NCBI RefSeq assembly: GCF_000306885.1
Contig: NC_018267.1
Coordinates: forward strand, 720,001-752,000
DNA length: 32,000 nucleotides
Direction: 5' to 3'
From: Wolbachia endosymbiont of Onchocerca ochengi
Lineage (GTDB): Bacteria; Pseudomonadota; Alphaproteobacteria; Rickettsiales; Anaplasmataceae
In this document: one piece after another, positions 28,759-32,000 of the stretch
How the letters are laid out: every line of letters begins with the position of its first letter
Position numbering within the stretch: position 1 is the first letter of the stretch
Program-made: the position numbers and the translations under genes
Notes under the pieces: generated by a model
What the model saw: the letters and a program-made list of their open reading frames with translations, nothing else
Database searches by the model: none
What the model was told of the DNA's origin: nothing

Positions 28759-31383
28759 TTACTCAATAACTTTGCTAAGTTGAGAAGAGTGTACAAGTAT
28801 GTAGTTTAATATTCCACCACTTATTAAATACTTTAATTCAGTTGCAGTTTGCACGCAGCATTTGAGTTGAATTGATTGCTTTGAATTATCTTTTCTTTTG
28901 ATAACGCATTCTAGATTTCCATTTGGCACTATTTTACCTTCTATGTCTATTATTTCACTACCGCGAAATGCTTTTCTAGTTATTCCGTTTTGAAATATAA
29001 GTGGAAGAACACCCATACCAATTAAGTTGGACCTATGTATGCGCTCGAAGCTCTCTGCAATTACAACTTTAACTCCCAGTAATGCAGTACCCTTTGCTGC
29101 CCAATCTCTACTTGAACCTGTACCATATTCTTTTCCTGCAACAACAATTAATGGGACAGCTTCTTTCTTATAGCGCATTGCCACATCAAAAATTGGCATG
29201 ATTTCTTGAGAGGGAATATGCTTTGTGTATCCACCATTGATACTCACCATTTCGTTTTTTATTTTGATATTAGCAAAGGTTGCACGCATCATCACGTTGT
29301 GGTTACCACGACGAGATCCATATGAATTAAAATCTTGTGGTTCAATTTCAAGATCTTTTAAATATATGCCCGCAGGACTATTTAAGGCAATATTTCCAGC
29401 AGGAGAAATGTGATCAGTGGTTATGCTATCACCAAATATTGCTAGTATCTGCGCGTTTTTTATGTTAATTACATTGTTTTTATTGCTCTTCATTGATGAA
29501 CTAATAAAATAAGGAGGATTTTGTATATAAGTGCTTTTTGTATCCCAACTATAGATTTTACTTTTTCTACATTTTACTTTTTGCCAATACTTGTTACCAG
29601 AAAAAACGTTTTTATACTTTTGTATGAACATTTCACGTGTTACAACACTTCTGACACAGTTTTCAATTTCACTGTTTGTTGGCCATAAATCTTTTAGATA
29701 AACGTTGTTTCCATCTTTATTTTTACATATAGGATCTTTTGTTAAATCAATTCGTATAGTACCTGCAAGTGCATATATAACAACAAGCATCGGAGATGCT
29801 AAGTAGTTAGCTTTAGCTAAAGGATGAATCCTTCCTTCAAAATTACGATTACCAGATAAAACTGCAGTGACAGTTAAGTTTTTGCTTTTTATATCATCTT
29901 CTATATCTTTATCAAGTGGACCGGAATTTCCAATGCAAGTCGTGCAGCCATACCCAACTAAATTAAAACCTAAAGCATTTAGATCTTCTTGTAATCCTGA
30001 TTTTTCTAAGTACTCCGTTACAACTTGTGATCCTGGGGCAAGAGAAGTTTTAACCCAAGGTTTTGATTTTATTCCAAGTTTGACTGCATTACGTGCTACA
30101 AGACCAGCAGCAATCATCGTGCTTGGATTTGAGGTATTGGTGCAGCTGGTTATTGCAGCAATAACCACACTTCCGTCTTGAAGTTTATCGCTTTTCTCTA
30201 GTTTACTAACTGGAAACGATTGAGAAAAAGATTCTGAAATTTGTGGAAGAAAAACTTTATCTTGTGGTCTTTTAGGACCGGCCATTACTGGTTTTACACT
30301 TGATAAATCAAGCTCCAACATGTCAAAAAACGCTAACTCGTTACTGTTTCGCAACAATCCTTGTTCTTTTGCATAGACTTCAACTAATTTGATTAACTCC
30401 TCTGGCCTTCCAGTTAAATTTAAATAATCTAGTGTTTTTTGATCAATTGGGAAAAAGCCACAAGTTGCACCATACTCTGGAGCCATATTAGCTATGGTTG
30501 CTCTGTCTTCTATAGATAAATGATCCAACCCACTACCATAAAATTCTACAAACTTACCAACAACACTTTTTTTTCTCAAGATATTTGTAATTGTCAGTAC
30601 TAGATCAGTTGCAGTTACTCCTTCTGAGAGTTTTCCAGTTAATTTAAATCCCACTACCTCTGGGATCATCATGCTAATTGGTTGATCAAGCATTACAGAT
30701 TCAGCTTCTATTCCACCAACACCCCAACCAAGAATTGATAAACTATTAACCATAGTAGTGTGGCTATCTGTGCCGACTACAGTATCAGGGTACACAACCC
30801 CATTTTTGTTACACACAACTTGTGCCAAATACTCGATATTTACTTGGTGACAAATTCCTGTTCCAGGTGGCACTACTCTAAAATTTTTGAAGGATGACTC
30901 TCCCCACTTCAAAAGCTTATACCTCTCCAAATTTCTTTTTACTTCCAATTCAACATTTTTATTAAACGCAGAAATGCTTCCATAACTGTCTACTTGAACA
31001 GAATGGTCAATTACAAGATCAACAGGTACGGATAGATTTATTTTACTTGGGTCACCTCCACTTTTTTTTATATAACTACGCATTGAGGCTAAATCAACAA
31101 TAGCAGGAACTCCTGTAAAATCTTGCATCAACACTCTTGCCGGTTTGTAGCTAATTTCATGATTAACGTGTTTTTCCACACAACTTGCTAGTATTTTTAT
31201 GTCATCAAATCTTACATTCACTCCATCTTCGTTACGTAATAAATTCTCAAGTAAGACCTTTAGTGAGCAAGGTAGTTTAGTTAGGTCTATTCCTAAAAAT
31301 TCACCAGCAGCACTGAGGCTAAAGTAGCTATACAACTTTTTGTTGATGTTTAAAACTGTTTTTGAGTTTAAAGAATTATTCAT
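28759..31383 (-). CDS. acnA: Aconitate hydratase A
   Basis: 874 aa with GTDSHTTM and the Fe-S cluster cysteine motifs ITSCTNTSNP and GYGCTTCIGNSGP. Confidence 0.97.
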   Translation of the reverse strand: MNNSLNSKTVLNINKKLYSYFSLSAAGEFLGIDLTKLPCSLKVLLENLLRNEDGVNVRFDDIKILASCVEKHVNHEISYKPARVLMQDFTGVPAIVDLASMRSYIKKSGGDPSKINLSVPVDLVIDHSVQVDSYGSISAFNKNVELEVKRNLERYKLLKWGESSFKNFRVVPPGTGICHQVNIEYLAQVVCNKNGVVYPDTVVGTDSHTTMVNSLSILGWGVGGIEAESVMLDQPISMMIPEVVGFKLTGKLSEGVTATDLVLTITNILRKKSVVGKFVEFYGSGLDHLSIEDRATIANMAPEYGATCGFFPIDQKTLDYLNLTGRPEELIKLVEVYAKEQGLLRNSNELAFFDMLELDLSSVKPVMAGPKRPQDKVFLPQISESFSQSFPVSKLEKSDKLQDGSVVIAAITSCTNTSNPSTMIAAGLVARNAVKLGIKSKPWVKTSLAPGSQVVTEYLEKSGLQEDLNALGFNLVGYGCTTCIGNSGPLDKDIEDDIKSKNLTVTAVLSGNRNFEGRIHPLAKANYLASPMLVVIYALAGTIRIDLTKDPICKNKDGNNVYLKDLWPTNSEIENCVRSVVTREMFIQKYKNVFSGNKYWQKVKCRKSKIYSWDTKSTYIQNPPYFISSSMKSNKNNVINIKNAQILAIFGDSITTDHISPAGNIALNSPAGIYLKDLEIEPQDFNSYGSRRGNHNVMMRATFANIKIKNEMVSINGGYTKHIPSQEIMPIFDVAMRYKKEAVPLIVVAGKEYGTGSSRDWAAKGTALLGVKVVIAESFERIHRSNLIGMGVLPLIFQNGITRKAFRGSEIIDIEGKIVPNGNLECVIKRKDNSKQSIQLKCCVQTATELKYLISGGILNYILVHSSQLSKVIE

Positions 31384-32000
31384 CTCGTATAGCCATTATT
31401 TAAATGAAAAGAACCACAATCTTGATATCGCTATAAAATGGTATAAATTTCTCTATATTGTAGTAAAATAAGTATGATCACCAATTTATATTATGCAGTC
31501 GGTGTTTAATAAGCTATTATTTGCTGCAAAAACTTTAGGAACAAATATCATGATTGTCAATAATAGACTGAGGTAAACCTTTCTAAAATAGGCATCATTT
31601 TATGTGAAGCTTGGTAAAGAAAAATTTTCATTAGCAGGATAGCATGGAAGTGTATTAGCTACGAAAGCTGCTTAGTGAGTTTTATTGCTTCTTTCACCAT
31701 AAGGTTGGAATTATTTACTTATTTTTATAATTTTGTAGTAAATTAGTGACAAAAAACTTAATGTATTTGATGTATGTTATGTTTAATTTTTTGCATTGTG
31801 TACGTCTTATATCTTTTAAAACACTAGACTTTTGCAAGTTGAAACATACTTGTATAGTATTTTTGGACAGCAAAGACATTAAATAGATATAAATGAGAAT
31901 TAGAGTACTAGTTGTTTTGTTTTAGGTCCATTCTGTTTTTTTTGCTTAGTAAGCTCCTTAATATCTATAATTTAGCTAGTTGCATTTAAAATGTAGTTAA

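Noticed and set aside
26373-30181. Short ORFs inside putA (26373-26612, 26616-26840, 26942-27130, 27204-27407) and acnA (29225-29413, 29867-30181)
   Set aside because: They are out of frame with or antisense to putA and acnA, with no support.
4368-31978. Recurring short intergenic words
   Set aside because: Matches of 9-12 nt are expected many times by chance in about 7.5 kb of roughly 70-75% AT spacer. Examples are GCTTAGTAA (4369, 24736, 31943), TTTAGCTA(C/G)T (4584, 15971, 25048, 31971) and TAGAGCTATAAA (12784, 19321). Only the longer 4318-4395 / 31881-31968 alignment is kept as a finding.
1-32000. Search by eye for tRNA T-arm motifs (GGTTCGAATC-like), rRNA, tmRNA, RNase P and SRP conserved cores, CRISPR-like regular repeats, and IS, transposase, integrase or phage genes
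   Set aside because: None was found. An apparent GGTTCG at 7945 lacks any tRNA context.

Overview
AT-rich (roughly 30% GC by eye) chromosomal window from a reduced alphaproteobacterial genome. Gene content and long ORF-free spacers fit Anaplasmataceae, most likely an Ehrlichia species, though I cannot assign the species. I call 18 protein genes, almost all housekeeping. They are nuoM(partial)-nuoL-nuoK-nuoJ, a 621-aa signal-peptide beta-barrel outer-membrane protein, ccmC, a DUF299 PPDK/PEP-synthase regulatory kinase, rpmJ (L36, absent from the ORF track), a secreted intradiol-dioxygenase-like protein, pepA, rho, a DUF1013 protein, a PpiD-like parvulin chaperone, the nusA-infB-rbfA-ubiA string, putA and acnA. 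I found no tRNA, rRNA, CRISPR array, IS/transposase, integrase or phage gene. I also see no convincing multi-gene novel system such as a defence, toxin or secretion cluster. About 7.5 kb (about 23%) of the window is non-coding, including a 2.8 kb ORF-free spacer at 6772-9579 and a 1.0 kb spacer upstream of nusA. The observations most worth a second look are those spacers with their small structured or repeated elements, the two-part outer-membrane protein, and the dioxygenase-like protein whose iron-ligand motif looks altered. Promoter and terminator calls come from reading alone in AT-rich DNA and are low confidence. All homology statements rest on motif recognition, not on searches.
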